In this document: one piece after another, positions 1 through 11,600 of the stretch | Layout of the letters: every line of letters begins with the position of its first letter | Position numbering within the stretch: the stretch's first letter is position 1 | Origin: a virus | IMG/VR virus record: IMGVR_UViG_3300028384_001046 | Span: 32,001-96,000 of that record | DNA: 64,000 bases | Strand: one strand, 5' to 3' | The notes under the pieces: model-generated | Databases searched by the model: none | Seen by the model: the letters and a program-made list of their open reading frames with translations, nothing else | What the model was told of the DNA's origin: nothing | Translations under genes and position numbers: made by a program

Positions 1-2
1 CA

Positions 3-3000
3 GGATCTGCTAGTGGTCTTCACATTGGAGTAGCAAGATTATATGATTTCAGATTAAGGGATGCTGCATATTCCGATGCGTCCACTACATTTAGATCATC
101 ACTTTATGATATTCAAACATTTACATATTTAAATCTTAATACTACAACTTCAATTAATGTTCCTGCATTTGTTGAAGGCAGAAATAGTAGTGCATCTGGA
201 TATGTATATGTTGCTTCTGCAAATAGTAATCAACTAATCCTATATCAAGTTACAGGAGAGTTTCAAGTCAATGAAGAAATTACTGTAAATGGGGAATCAA
301 TTAATAGAAGCATTGTCAGTTTTGATGATTATGGATTTCAAGATGTTCACCAAATTAAAAATGCTAGTGGAGTTGCCTTTACTGCGGACACAAAACTGAC
401 GAATAGAATTAGATTTGCTGAACCAGGGACTGATTATACTATCTCCGCAGAATCTGCAGGAGTATCTACAATTACATCATCTAATGCTAATTTTGGCGCG
501 GTTTCGGGTATTTCTACTGGAGATGTTATTGCCTATAGTAAAGCGGCTACTTCTGTACCATCTTATGGTATTGTGAAACAAATTGGTACTAATTCCAGAA
601 GTATTATTATCGAAGCACCTCCTGCGGCGGTTACCAACGTAAATGGATCATCTCTTCCAACTTCAGAAACAACACTCAGTGACGTAGCAAAAGTTACTCT
701 AGAAGTTCTCAATAATGGAGAAAATTCTCTTTATTCTGAACTTACTGAACCAAATGTTTCTTCGGTAAATCTCAATAATTCTGAGATTTCATTTAAGAAA
801 ACGTATTACATTTCCGTCTCTTCTGGTGCATATAGTGCTACCTTGGAATCTGATACCAACTTGACGTTGCAGTCTTTCGATGAAGAGGATTACAACTTAT
901 CCTTTGATTCTACTGGTACAGTAGAGTCGTTAACGGACCAAAAAGTGTCTGTTTCTGGTAGGACTATCACTCTTTCACAGATAAGTGAAGATGGTTCTGC
1001 TGTTCTTACAGTTACGTGGACAAAGAAAAATCCAAAAGCAAAAAATAAAATATATCGTAGATCACAAATTATCCAAATCAATAAGTCTTCAAAGAATTCT
1101 TCTGGTATCGGTAACTCCACCACAGACGATGGACTTACATTTTCAAACATTTATGGAACCAGGGTTCAAGATAAGAAAATTTCTCTTGGAGTTTGTGATG
1201 TAGCTGCAGTAAGAGCTGTCTTTGAATCCTCCTCTGTCAATAGTCCACAACTTCCAAAAATTGTTTTGGTTGATTTGAATTCTAATCTTACAAATGCTTT
1301 GAGAGGAGAAACTATAGTCGGTGAATCTTCTGGATCTGCTGCCACTTTCGTTGAAACTAATGGAACCAATGAAGCTTCGTTTATATATGAAAATGAGAAT
1401 ATATTTACCTCTGGAGAAAAAATAATTTTTCAGGAGTCTAATATTACTGCAACCGTTCAATCTTTTATTTCTGGTGATCGTGACATTAAAAATAATTTTG
1501 AATTTGATCCTGGACAAAATAGTGATTTTATTGATTTCTCTTCGATTATTAGGTTGAATTCTGCAAATGCTCCTACTAAGAGGTTGACGGTTATTTTTGA
1601 TCGGTTTGAAATTGATACCTCTGACCCAGGAGATCTTGTTTCTGTAGATTCATATGATGCAGATCTTTATGGCAAATCCCTTCCATACATCGGACAAATC
1701 CCAGTTTCCGATATTATTGATTTGAGACCAAGAGTTGTATCTACGGCATCGACTGTATCTCCATTTGAGTACAAGTCAAGATCGTTTGATCCGTTAACAT
1801 CTTCAACAACTCATGTATTTTCTAGCGAAAAAAATATTAACATAAGTTATGATTATTATTTGGGAAGAATTGATAAAATTTTCTTGACCAGGGATGGAGT
1901 CTTTAGTAGGTCTAAAGGTGTTCCTGCAACATTCCCAGAACCTCCTAATAATGTTGATAATGCTTTAGAAATTGCTACCATCAACATGCCTCCATATCTC
2001 TATTCTATTAGAGATCTTGACGTGCAAGTAAGCACACACAAACGATATCAAATGCAAGATATTGCTGATATTGAAACAAGGTTAACTAATGTAGAGTATT
2101 ATACTAGCCTTTCTCTTCTTGAAAATGAAACTTCCAGTTTAACAATTAAGGATCCAACCACCAATCTTGATAAGTTCAAGTCTGGTTTTTTTGTGGACAA
2201 TTTCAAGTCTAAAAATGGCGGAGGAGATACAGACAATACTCAATTCAGATGCAGTATTGATACCACAGAGGGAGAAGCAAGACCAGAACACTATACTACT
2301 TCTATTGATTTATTATTGGGTTCAGAATCTGTTATTGGTGCTGCAACTTCTTCGTTTCCAGATGCAGACTACAGATTTGTAAATGATCTTGGAGATTCAA
2401 ATGTAGTTAAAAGAGGAGATATTGTTACTCTCAACTATAAAGATGTTGAATATTTAAAGAATTCATTTGCTACTAGAAGTGAAAATGTAAATCCATTTCA
2501 CGTTGTAAACTGGATTGGTGTGTTGGAACTAAATCCAGCTACTGACACTTGGATTGATACTAGAAGATTGCCTGGAAAGGATGTTGATGTTGAGGGTAGT
2601 TATGGCGCTATACAAGGTATGGTTGGTGGAGTTGATAGTAATACTGGGTTGTCTCCCGTTCAATGGAATTCTTGGGAAACAACTTGGACTGGAAGACAAA
2701 GAATAAAAGGACCCGTTATATTCAAGAAAAAGTCAAAAGTCAAAGGAACTGTACGGAAAAGAAAAAGGAGAGGATCCTTTGTGCCTGGTAGAGGAATTCC
2801 CATTACTACAACTAAAAGATGGGTACAAAAAATTAAAAAGGTTAGGGAAGTAACTACTGTACGAACGGGCAATAAGAGTAGAGATGGCATTCAATATAGA
2901 GTTGATGAAAAAATTGACTCTAAGAGCTTAGGTAGTAGTGTTATTTCTAGTGATGTTGCTGCTGTGATGAGATCTAGAAATGTTGAGTTCATTTGTAAGA

Positions 3001-6000
3001 GGTTAAAACCAAATACACAACTCTATGCATTTTTTGATAATATCGATATGAATGCATATATTGTTCCAAAACTCATTGAAATTGAGATGGTCAGTGGAAC
3101 ATTTGCTACAGGAGAGATGGTACGGGGTGATGGAATTAATTCCAGAAATAAGAGCATTAGATTTAGACTTGCCCAACAGAATCATAAGTATGGTCCATAT
3201 AACAATCCGACAGAAACATACGTTTCTAATCCATATAATGTAAGTAATTCTATTTCTAATTCATATTCTTCGACTACAACTATTCTTAATGTGGATACCG
3301 CATCTTTAGAACTCCAATCTGCATCTGGATTCTATGGGTGTATTTCTAAAGGTATGAATTTAATTGGCGCATCTAGTGGAGCTATTGCAAAAGTTAAAGA
3401 TATCAGATTGATTACTGATAGAGCTGGCGTTGTTATTGGATCTTTATTCATTCCTGATCCAACTCAAAAGTCTACTCAAGTATTTCAGACTGGTAGCAAA
3501 ACGTTTACTCTTACTTCTAGTAAGACCAATGAAACTATTTCTGGATTTACTGATTCTTCAGCTGAAGCAACATTTATGTCTTCGGGAACAATTAATAATA
3601 CTCAAGAAACAACTCTAAGAATTCGTAATGCTACGGTTGAAAGAGTTCCAAGATCGGAAAGTCAAAATGTTGAAAGAAGACGTACTAGGAGAGTTACTAA
3701 AGTCAAGTTTAGAAATAGAAAGAAGACTCAAACGAGATGGGTTGATCCTCTTGCACAATCATTTGAAGTTCCTGAAGAAAATGGAGTATATCTAACTAAG
3801 TGTGATATTTACTTTAGGACTAAAGATTCTTCTGCTCTTCCAGTAACTCTTCAGGTTCGTGAACTTCAACTGGGATTGCCAACGCAAACTATTCTTCCTT
3901 TTGGTGAAGTTGTTCTCGATCCCCAAAACGTAGTCGTATCTAATGATGGTAGTAAACCCACTACTTTCACTTTCCCCTCCCCAGTATATTGTGAGGGTTC
4001 TAGTCAATTTGCTCTTGTTCTTCTTTCTGCATCCAATGAATATACTGTATTCATCTCTAGGATGGGCGAAGAAGATATTTCTACCGCAAATAAACCAGAT
4101 TCAGAAAAAATTATTGTTTCTCAACAACCACTTCTTGGATCTTTATTCAAGTCGCAAAATGGTGCTACTTGGGATCCAAGTCAATTTGAAGATTTGAAGT
4201 TTAACCTCTATCAAGCAGAATATCTAACAAAAAGTGGTACAGTTAAATTCTATAACCCAGATTTAGATATTGGCAATAAACAAATTGTCACCCTAAGTCC
4301 AAATCCACTTAATATGTTATCCAAGTCTAATATTATTGGTCTTGGCAAGAGTTTGACCTCTAATGAAGTAAATGGATTAATTTCTGGTACAACTATTGAA
4401 CAAGAAAACAATCCAAACTTCTCCGCAAAACTTGTTGGAGTTCTTGGTGCAGTTGGAGTCAATAGCACTTTAAATATAACAGATAGTGGATTAAATTTTG
4501 CAAGTGGAAATCCAACGTATTCTGATGTTCCTCTAGTCAGTTTAACTGGAAGAGGATCTGGAGCAAAAGCAACAATTGTTATTAATAGTGGATCTGTGGC
4601 ATCTGCTACAGTATCTGCTGGTGGCACTGGATATTCGATTGGTGATGTATTAGGAGTAGACCCCTCAGATACTGGAGGGTTTGGTAAAAACTTGAAACTT
4701 TCTATTCAAAATGAAGTTGGTATTATAAGTGCATTCAACACTCTCCTAGTTGATCAAATTCAAGGTAAACCATCTATCGATGCTTCTTCGTCGGTTATTT
4801 TTACAACAGGAGCTGGATCAACATCTATTTTATCTGGAGCTGATATTCAATATGTAAATGATGTTAGTGATGGTTTAACCTTCATGGTTAAACATAGTAA
4901 TCATGGAATGTATAACCTTCAAGATATGGTTGTTCTTTCTAATATCGAGACTGATGTGAAACCAGAAAAATTAACTGCTGCATATGATTCTTCTACAACA
5001 GATAGTATTTCTGTTACTAATGTTGGAATTTATACAAATTTTGAAAATGTTCCAGTAGATTCAAATAATCCTGGATATCTTAAAATTGGATCCGAAATTA
5101 TTAAGTATACTGGAATTACCACAACCACAAGTTCAATTAGTGGTATTACTAGAGCAATTGATGGTACTAATTCTGCGGCTTTTGCTGTTGATGATTTAGT
5201 TTTTAAGTATGAACTCAACGGTGTTTCTTTAAGAAGAATCAATTGTCAACATAGTTTGAGCAATGTTAATCAAAATCAATACCCAATTGATGTTGATAGT
5301 TACTGGTTAAAAGTTGGTATTTCTAGTAGAGGGGTTGACAGAAGTACTGGAAACCCAAATGGATTCCCAGAATTATTTTGGAATGAAACAAAATCTGCTG
5401 GATCTTATATTACTGAAGATGTAAATACTGGTTCTGGTAATGCTCCAAGAGCAACTCAGAACATTCCATTTAACTTACTCAGACCAAATCTGACCATTTT
5501 GCAACCAGATGGAACCAGCGTTTCTGCTGCTGTTAGAACATTTAGTGGAGATAGTCCAGATGGAAATCTTTCTGCATATGTGGATCAAGGATTTGAATCA
5601 ATATCTCTTGAAGGAAATAACGAATTTACAACTCCAAGAATTGTTGCATCTAAAGTCAATGAACTTACAAGACTTGAAAATTTCCCTGGAAGAAAGTCAT
5701 TCACTTTAGAAGTTACTCTCAATACCGAAGATGAGTTTGTTGCTCCGCAAATTGATTTGGATCGGGTATCTGCATCATTTACTATGAATCGTCTTAATAG
5801 TAAAGTTAAAAATTATGCTACTGATAGAAGAGTAAATTCTCTGGATAATGATCCGAATGCAGCAATTTATTTAACTCAAGTAATTAATCTTGATAAATCT
5901 GCGGATGGATTGAAGGTTATGTTTGATGCATATAGACATAACACAAATGATATTAGAGTTCTTTATAGATCGTTCCGTGTTGATGCTCCTGAGGGGGATC

Positions 6001-6251
6001 AATTATTCCAATTATTCCCTGGATATAATAATTTAGATCTTTCTGGTGGAGTTATTGATCCATCCAAATCTGATGGTTTGCCTGATAAATTTGTCCCCCC
6101 ATCGGATAATTATGACGATTTCCGTCCTTTTGAATTTAATGTTTCCAATATCCCGCAGTTTAGTGCTTTTCAAATTAAGGTTTGCATGTCTGGAACTAAT
6201 TACGCATATGTTCCCAGACTAAAAGACTTCCGAGTAATTGCTACTATTTGA
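3..6251 (+). CDS. Very large virion structural protein (DUF4815/VrlC-like, baseplate/tail associated), 5'-truncated
   Basis: Frame is open from position 3, so the ORF-track start at 573 is internal. Contains cyanophage DUF4815-type motifs (YYLGRIDK, RYQMQDIADIETRLTNVEYYTSLSLLE, FKSGFFVDNF, VDPLAQSF, GSLFKSQNGATW). Confidence 0.75.
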   Translation, partial: GSASGLHIGVARLYDFRLRDAAYSDASTTFRSSLYDIQTFTYLNLNTTTSINVPAFVEGRNSSASGYVYVASANSNQLILYQVTGEFQVNEEITVNGESINRSIVSFDDYGFQDVHQIKNASGVAFTADTKLTNRIRFAEPGTDYTISAESAGVSTITSSNANFGAVSGISTGDVIAYSKAATSVPSYGIVKQIGTNSRSIIIEAPPAAVTNVNGSSLPTSETTLSDVAKVTLEVLNNGENSLYSELTEPNVSSVNLNNSEISFKKTYYISVSSGAYSATLESDTNLTLQSFDEEDYNLSFDSTGTVESLTDQKVSVSGRTITLSQISEDGSAVLTVTWTKKNPKAKNKIYRRSQIIQINKSSKNSSGIGNSTTDDGLTFSNIYGTRVQDKKISLGVCDVAAVRAVFESSSVNSPQLPKIVLVDLNSNLTNALRGETIVGESSGSAATFVETNGTNEASFIYENENIFTSGEKIIFQESNITATVQSFISGDRDIKNNFEFDPGQNSDFIDFSSIIRLNSANAPTKRLTVIFDRFEIDTSDPGDLVSVDSYDADLYGKSLPYIGQIPVSDIIDLRPRVVSTASTVSPFEYKSRSFDPLTSSTTHVFSSEKNINISYDYYLGRIDKIFLTRDGVFSRSKGVPATFPEPPNNVDNALEIATINMPPYLYSIRDLDVQVSTHKRYQMQDIADIETRLTNVEYYTSLSLLENETSSLTIKDPTTNLDKFKSGFFVDNFKSKNGGGDTDNTQFRCSIDTTEGEARPEHYTTSIDLLLGSESVIGAATSSFPDADYRFVNDLGDSNVVKRGDIVTLNYKDVEYLKNSFATRSENVNPFHVVNWIGVLELNPATDTWIDTRRLPGKDVDVEGSYGAIQGMVGGVDSNTGLSPVQWNSWETTWTGRQRIKGPVIFKKKSKVKGTVRKRKRRGSFVPGRGIPITTTKRWVQKIKKVREVTTVRTGNKSRDGIQYRVDEKIDSKSLGSSVISSDVAAVMRSRNVEFICKRLKPNTQLYAFFDNIDMNAYIVPKLIEIEMVSGTFATGEMVRGDGINSRNKSIRFRLAQQNHKYGPYNNPTETYVSNPYNVSNSISNSYSSTTTILNVDTASLELQSASGFYGCISKGMNLIGASSGAIAKVKDIRLITDRAGVVIGSLFIPDPTQKSTQVFQTGSKTFTLTSSKTNETISGFTDSSAEATFMSSGTINNTQETTLRIRNATVERVPRSESQNVERRRTRRVTKVKFRNRKKTQTRWVDPLAQSFEVPEENGVYLTKCDIYFRTKDSSALPVTLQVRELQLGLPTQTILPFGEVVLDPQNVVVSNDGSKPTTFTFPSPVYCEGSSQFALVLLSASNEYTVFISRMGEEDISTANKPDSEKIIVSQQPLLGSLFKSQNGATWDPSQFEDLKFNLYQAEYLTKSGTVKFYNPDLDIGNKQIVTLSPNPLNMLSKSNIIGLGKSLTSNEVNGLISGTTIEQENNPNFSAKLVGVLGAVGVNSTLNITDSGLNFASGNPTYSDVPLVSLTGRGSGAKATIVINSGSVASATVSAGGTGYSIGDVLGVDPSDTGGFGKNLKLSIQNEVGIISAFNTLLVDQIQGKPSIDASSSVIFTTGAGSTSILSGADIQYVNDVSDGLTFMVKHSNHGMYNLQDMVVLSNIETDVKPEKLTAAYDSSTTDSISVTNVGIYTNFENVPVDSNNPGYLKIGSEIIKYTGITTTTSSISGITRAIDGTNSAAFAVDDLVFKYELNGVSLRRINCQHSLSNVNQNQYPIDVDSYWLKVGISSRGVDRSTGNPNGFPELFWNETKSAGSYITEDVNTGSGNAPRATQNIPFNLLRPNLTILQPDGTSVSAAVRTFSGDSPDGNLSAYVDQGFESISLEGNNEFTTPRIVASKVNELTRLENFPGRKSFTLEVTLNTEDEFVAPQIDLDRVSASFTMNRLNSKVKNYATDRRVNSLDNDPNAAIYLTQVINLDKSADGLKVMFDAYRHNTNDIRVLYRSFRVDAPEGDQLFQLFPGYNNLDLSGGVIDPSKSDGLPDKFVPPSDNYDDFRPFEFNVSNIPQFSAFQIKVCMSGTNYAYVPRLKDFRVIATI

Positions 6252-6252
6252 T

Positions 6253-6462
6253 ATGGACAAAATAAGAGTTGAAAATAGCCATTCTCTTTATAGAGATTCT
6301 GAAACGGGGGCTATATTGAATTGCAATGATAGTGAGTATGACTCATATCTTAGAAGCAAGAATATTGCAGCTAAGAAAAAGAACGAAATTGATCAATTGA
6401 AGAGTGATGTGGGAGAGCTCAAAGATATGATGAAAATCATTCTAGAAAAATTGGATAAATAA
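6253..6462 (+). CDS. Small cyanophage-type hypothetical protein with C-terminal coiled coil
   Basis: ATG at 6253 directly after the upstream stop; LYRDSETGAILN motif. Confidence 0.7.
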   Translation: MDKIRVENSHSLYRDSETGAILNCNDSEYDSYLRSKNIAAKKKNEIDQLKSDVGELKDMMKIILEKLDK

Positions 6463-6484
6463 TTAAAATCTCCCTTTTTGTGTA

Positions 6485-6817
6485 ATGGCAGCTAGAAATG
6501 TCAATTTAGTCATTGAACAAAACGTTGATTTTGAAGCAACCTTCACTATTAGAAATGCGAACAATTCGCCATTAAATTTGACGGGGTATTCTGCTCTTGC
6601 TAAGATTAGAAAACACCCAGATGCAACAAAATACACGGATTTTGTTATTTCTTTTCCGAATAGGATCAATGGAGTTGTAAAAGTTGCTCTTGCAGTAACT
6701 TCTACTGCTACTCTGGAGGGAGGAAGATATGTGTATGATCTGGTTCTCGTTTCTCCAAACAATTATAAGACTAGACCTATCGCAGGAAATGTTTTAGTGT
6801 TGCCTGGAGTATCATGA
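6485..6817 (+). CDS. Small virion structural protein (Ig-like baseplate module)
   Basis: VNLVIEQNVDFEATF...LNLTGYS...GRYVYD pattern typical of cyanomyophage virion proteins. Confidence 0.65.
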   Translation: MAARNVNLVIEQNVDFEATFTIRNANNSPLNLTGYSALAKIRKHPDATKYTDFVISFPNRINGVVKVALAVTSTATLEGGRYVYDLVLVSPNNYKTRPIAGNVLVLPGVS

Positions 6818-7491
6818 CTGATTACTTAGTTAATCTCAATAGTTCTGGATCATATTCAGTTGGTGTTGACTATGAAATTCCATCAAAGTCAACACAAAAT
6901 ACAAATTTAATTATTGACAATATTAATGATCAGTTCAATGGTATTGGAGTTACGTTTTCGTTAAATAGTGGAGGCGATCCGTATAATCCATTAAATGACC
7001 AGCAATTGATTGTTTGTAAAAACAATCTGGTCATGGAACCTGGAGAAGATTTTACTATTGCTGGTGATCAGCTCATTTTCTCAGTTCCACCAATTGCTGG
7101 AGATGATGTGTTCATCATCGCTCTTGCAACAACAGCGGATCTAACAAGATCTGTTAATTTTGTTATTGATAGTGGATCTCAAGATATCTCCCCAGGAAGT
7201 AAAGGCAAGGTAACTGTCGATGTTTCTGGAACAATTGAGTCCATTAAAGTATTGAGTGATCAAACTGGAGATATTGTCTTAGAAGTTTCAAAATCCAATT
7301 TCCAAGACTTCCCCACGTTCACAACAATCACCAATAATCAAAGAGTTCAACTACAGTCCCAAAACAAGTACATTGATGATGTACTAAATAACTGGGATAA
7401 GACAATAGTTGCTGGTGATATTTTGGATTTCTCAGTGGTCAGTTCAACAAACATGCGAAGACTGCTGATCTCTTTAAAATTAAAATTATAA
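6814..7491 (+). CDS. Virion structural protein (baseplate wedge-like)
   Basis: IDNINDQFNG..TFSL repeat unit and SDQTGDIVLEV domain; ATGA overlap with the upstream gene. Confidence 0.6.
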   Translation: MTDYLVNLNSSGSYSVGVDYEIPSKSTQNTNLIIDNINDQFNGIGVTFSLNSGGDPYNPLNDQQLIVCKNNLVMEPGEDFTIAGDQLIFSVPPIAGDDVFIIALATTADLTRSVNFVIDSGSQDISPGSKGKVTVDVSGTIESIKVLSDQTGDIVLEVSKSNFQDFPTFTTITNNQRVQLQSQNKYIDDVLNNWDKTIVAGDILDFSVVSSTNMRRLLISLKLKL

Positions 7492-7494
7492 ATA
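7487..7494 (+). promoter_or_regulatory. T4-type late promoter TATAAATA
   Basis: Exact gp55 consensus about 40 nt upstream of the CDS at 7537. Confidence 0.75.
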
Positions 7495-7536
7495 AGTATA
7501 GTTCTTAAAGTCTAACCCCTACGAGGAGTTGTATCG

Positions 7537-8544
7537 ATGGCATTACTAGTTCCTAATATTGGTGAAATTGAGTCTCTCCGTTATCTGATTGCTCAGAATA
7601 ACTTCGTTGCAGACCTAGAGGATACCTCACCAAGGAATCTCGTACTCAAACTGTTTACGAGTAACACTACACCCGCTGAAGGTGATGTACCTTCCCAAAC
7701 TGCATATTTCGAGCCTTATATTGATGGTAACGTCAATGGTTACGGAACTACTGCAAACACGGGTTATCCTAATTGCGTGGATAACAGAATTGATCAAGAT
7801 TATACCGCACAGTATGGTATTCTACTAAATGGATCTCGCTGGGTTATTAAGAACGTTGGTAGTGGTACAACCGCAACCTATCCAGAACAGACTTTCACCT
7901 TCACTGGACCTGCTGGTAATATCTATGGTTATTATGTAACCAGAGCAAACAACATGCCAGTCTCTGTTCAGGGTGTTAATCATGCGGCTGGTGTTGGTAT
8001 TGGAACAACCGTAACTAAGGGTAACAACACCGATCCCTGTATTGGAGTTGTTGGTAATAGATATTTCAATGTTGATCCACAAGTATCTATTAACGATTTA
8101 ACTCTCGGACAGTATGTTGCTGGTAACGCAGGAGTTCAGACTGGAACAAGAGTTATCGGTCTTGACCGAGCATTGCAAGTTGTTTATATCGATAAACCTC
8201 TGATTGATAACATTCAGGTTGCAACCGACCCCTCCGTTACATTCAGTTTTGGTAAGATTTCCATCACAGATCACGGTCTTAAAAAAGGAGATATCGTTTA
8301 CATTGCTGCTGGTGCAGGTAATACAACTCTTGAATCGAGTGTTTATACTGTCTTTGACGTACCAAACAACGATGAGTTTGTAACTACACCTTCTCTAACC
8401 GCAACATCTAATGGTGTTCTTGGACTGAATACTGCGACTCTCTACTCCAGCATTATGTACGCTGAGAGATTCACAAATGGTCCATACAACATTCAGAACA
8501 ATGGTGACCAAATTAAGATCACCTTGAACGTCGCACTTGACTGA
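7537..8544 (+). CDS. Virion structural protein
   Basis: GAGGAG RBS; LVLKLFTSNTTPAEGD...YPEQTFTFTG...NNGDQIKIT; late promoter upstream. Confidence 0.65.
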   Translation: MALLVPNIGEIESLRYLIAQNNFVADLEDTSPRNLVLKLFTSNTTPAEGDVPSQTAYFEPYIDGNVNGYGTTANTGYPNCVDNRIDQDYTAQYGILLNGSRWVIKNVGSGTTATYPEQTFTFTGPAGNIYGYYVTRANNMPVSVQGVNHAAGVGIGTTVTKGNNTDPCIGVVGNRYFNVDPQVSINDLTLGQYVAGNAGVQTGTRVIGLDRALQVVYIDKPLIDNIQVATDPSVTFSFGKISITDHGLKKGDIVYIAAGAGNTTLESSVYTVFDVPNNDEFVTTPSLTATSNGVLGLNTATLYSSIMYAERFTNGPYNIQNNGDQIKITLNVALD

Positions 8545-8576
8545 TACGCATATACAATAAAATATTCGTCATGGTG

Positions 8577-8609
8577 GGGATTGCTTTATTATCAGGCAAT
8601 CCCTTTTTT
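8577..8609 (+). terminator. Intrinsic terminator
   Basis: GGGATTGC-N11-GCAATCCC followed by TTTTTT. Confidence 0.7.
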
Positions 8610-8632
8610 CATCTAATGAATAGAACTAAACT

Positions 8633-11600
8633 ATGACCGTTTATGTCTACGATGAAAATAAGGTAGATGTATTCGTTGCAGAAGATGCAGGTTTGGTAAC
8701 CGCCTCTGCGACGATAACGGCTGACTATGGCAATATTTCAGACACCGCTGACGATGATCGCGGCGAAGATAATTTTAATCCTTGGTATTTTGGTCTAATT
8801 ACAGACCTTGATGATGTTCTACCATTTGGTAATTTTGAAGTTGGTGGAGAAGCAGAACCACTAATTTCTCCAAAGATTCCTGGTGGTGGACTATTCCGTA
8901 TAGAAGATATTGCAGAAGTATCGTATGTAACCCCCTGGAGAGGGTCTGGAACCCTCTTCGAGATCGGTGGCGGTCTGGAAAGACTGGTCATCCCAGATTT
9001 GGGTGCCGCAGGACCATCTCCATCCATTTACGGACAAGCCCACGAATCCAATACATTCGTTGAAATCGGATCTGGTACACTCGCTCAACTTTCTGACGAA
9101 GGAGCGACAGCCAAGTTTAATAGGTATCCCTGGGACGCTTCAGGTACTCTTACCCTCAGTGGATACAACTCCACCCAATTTCCAGACGATTTCATTGCGG
9201 TCATTAAAAATGTTGCGAAGGTCAAAGGCACAGGTCCTTCTCGCGTCATTTATGATTATAGTCTGGATCCAGATACAGAATTTGATGCTGAGAATTACGG
9301 ATTCGTTACCCAGGTACAGGGAGGCAAATTCTCAGATAATGATGATCTGACATTTGATAGAATTATTACTAAGAGGAAAGATAGATCCTTTAGTGATAAT
9401 GATCTTCTTGAAAATGAGAATTATGGTGATATTACCGTATCTACCCAAGAAAAAGTTCTCCCAGTTGATATTCTGCCAGATGATCTGGCCAACTATGAGG
9501 TTTCTTACAGTAGAACATCAATCCTAGACAGTGGTTCTGGAACTGGGGCCACTGGTGGATTTGATATCGGAAGACATGTTAAGTTCGGTAATGATGGTGG
9601 ATCTAGAGAGTTTTATTGGAGATTTGACACTACAGATTCCGAATACATCAAAGTCACTGCCATTAGAGGTAATGATGTTAATGGTGGTGAAGATCCAGAC
9701 ACTACTCAGGAAAGTCTATATCTCGATAGATGGACTGGAAGTAGTTGGATAAGAATTGATACAGTCATTGCATTTAATGACACTTCTTTCAATTCTCTCA
9801 AAGAAGTATCGATTCCTCTTACTCCAACGAATAGAGGAAATTATTTCTATAGACTTAGACAAGATAATTCAAGTGGTAGTGCTAGTTGGGATCATTATGG
9901 TATTACTAATATCACCTATGATCTCAGGCAAACCTTCCCAATCGACACCGAAGATGATGGAATAATTCCAAGGAAACTGGGTGGTGGACTCTTTATGCAC
10001 GATTACCAGGCAACTGGTATCAGGGCTCAAGAGTCAATTCCATTCGCATATCTTGGTCTTGGATCTCTATTCTCTCTTGGAGAACTCGATCCAGAGAAGG
10101 ATGTCGATCAGGTATTTGCATATGCAGGTTCTGGTGGATTCAATGTTACTGGAGAGAACTTCTTCAGTCAGGCTCCACAGAGTACAATCTTCGGTGAAGA
10201 AGGTGAGTTCTCCTTCAGTGGATCTGCTGCAGAAGCATTTGTACCTGCAACTGTTGATAATACGGTACTGTTCAATCAGGTTGGATCTGCTGATGATAGG
10301 ATCATCTGGCAGGCTGGTGAACGTAAGGTTACCATCAGACCAATTGGATTTGGTTCTGTACTCCTTTCGGATACTCCGCCAACAAATACGGCAACTTTAT
10401 CCGTATCTGGAGAAGCAACAAGCATTCAAAGGACGTTTGTCGAAGAAAATGTAAGTCTATTCAACATCAGTGGAGATGCCGGCAATCCACTGGATGCAAG
10501 ATTCACTCCCCACTTCAGATCTGCTAGAGGAGATATTATCCTCCCAGATGAGGATTGGGGTCTTATTACTAACTCGGCTACCGAGTTTGAAGATTGGGGA
10601 TATATCAGAGAAGTTGCAACTACTTCTCTCGTATTTGGAGATATTCTTTCTCCATTCAATTACATTCAAATTGGCGGTCAGCATTATCCAAGTACGGATA
10701 CATTCTCTGTTGGGGAGTCCTCTTTTGCCAAACAGACACTTGGAGTTACTGGCATTGCAACCTTCAGACTATCTGAAGATTCCAGTCTGGAAAGAACATT
10801 CGATTACGAATCTTCAGGTATTACTGGTATTGCTACCTACAAGGCTGGTATCAATATCTTCGGTGCAAATTGGTTCAGTCAGGCTCCACAGAGTACAGTA
10901 TTTGGTCTCGAAGGAGAACTTACTCTTAGTGGTTCTGCTGACGAGTCCACCACTCCATTCATTGAACCTCAAGGAACTGATGGTAACTTCAGATTCCTTA
11001 CTGGATCTGCTGAAATTGTTATTGATTCGGTCACAAGAGCAATTGCACCTTCTGTACTTGGTGATGTCTATATTGGTGGAACGGCTGATATTAGATTCAG
11101 TCCTGCTGTCACTGGTGTTGGTATTGCTACATTCCGTCAAGGTAGAGAAGAATTCCAGACATATCTCAGAATCATTGATCCTGATATGGATCTGGTCCTT
11201 ACCACAATTGGTGGTGGACTTATCAATGAGGACTTTGTTAAGAGTTACAATGAGTCTTCCATCTACTATGGTCCTCAGGATGAGGATTATGGATCAATTC
11301 TCGATGCAGCTGCATATGGGATGGGTCTCAACTTCTCTGGGGCTGCATCTGATGTTGAAACCTTTGATGGTGAGACTAATACTTACGACCAAGATGTACT
11401 GTTCAGCAACAACGGTCTAACTTATGACCAGAGCACTGGCGGAACCAGCGTTCTCCCAAGTTTCGACAAAACAGAATCGTATTCTGTTGATTTCTCAACA
11501 ACTGTTGTATCTGAAAATCTTGGTACTATCACCGAAGGTATTCCAATCCCAGGTGGTAAACCATACGATCAATATCTATATCCCTACTATCCTGGATTTA

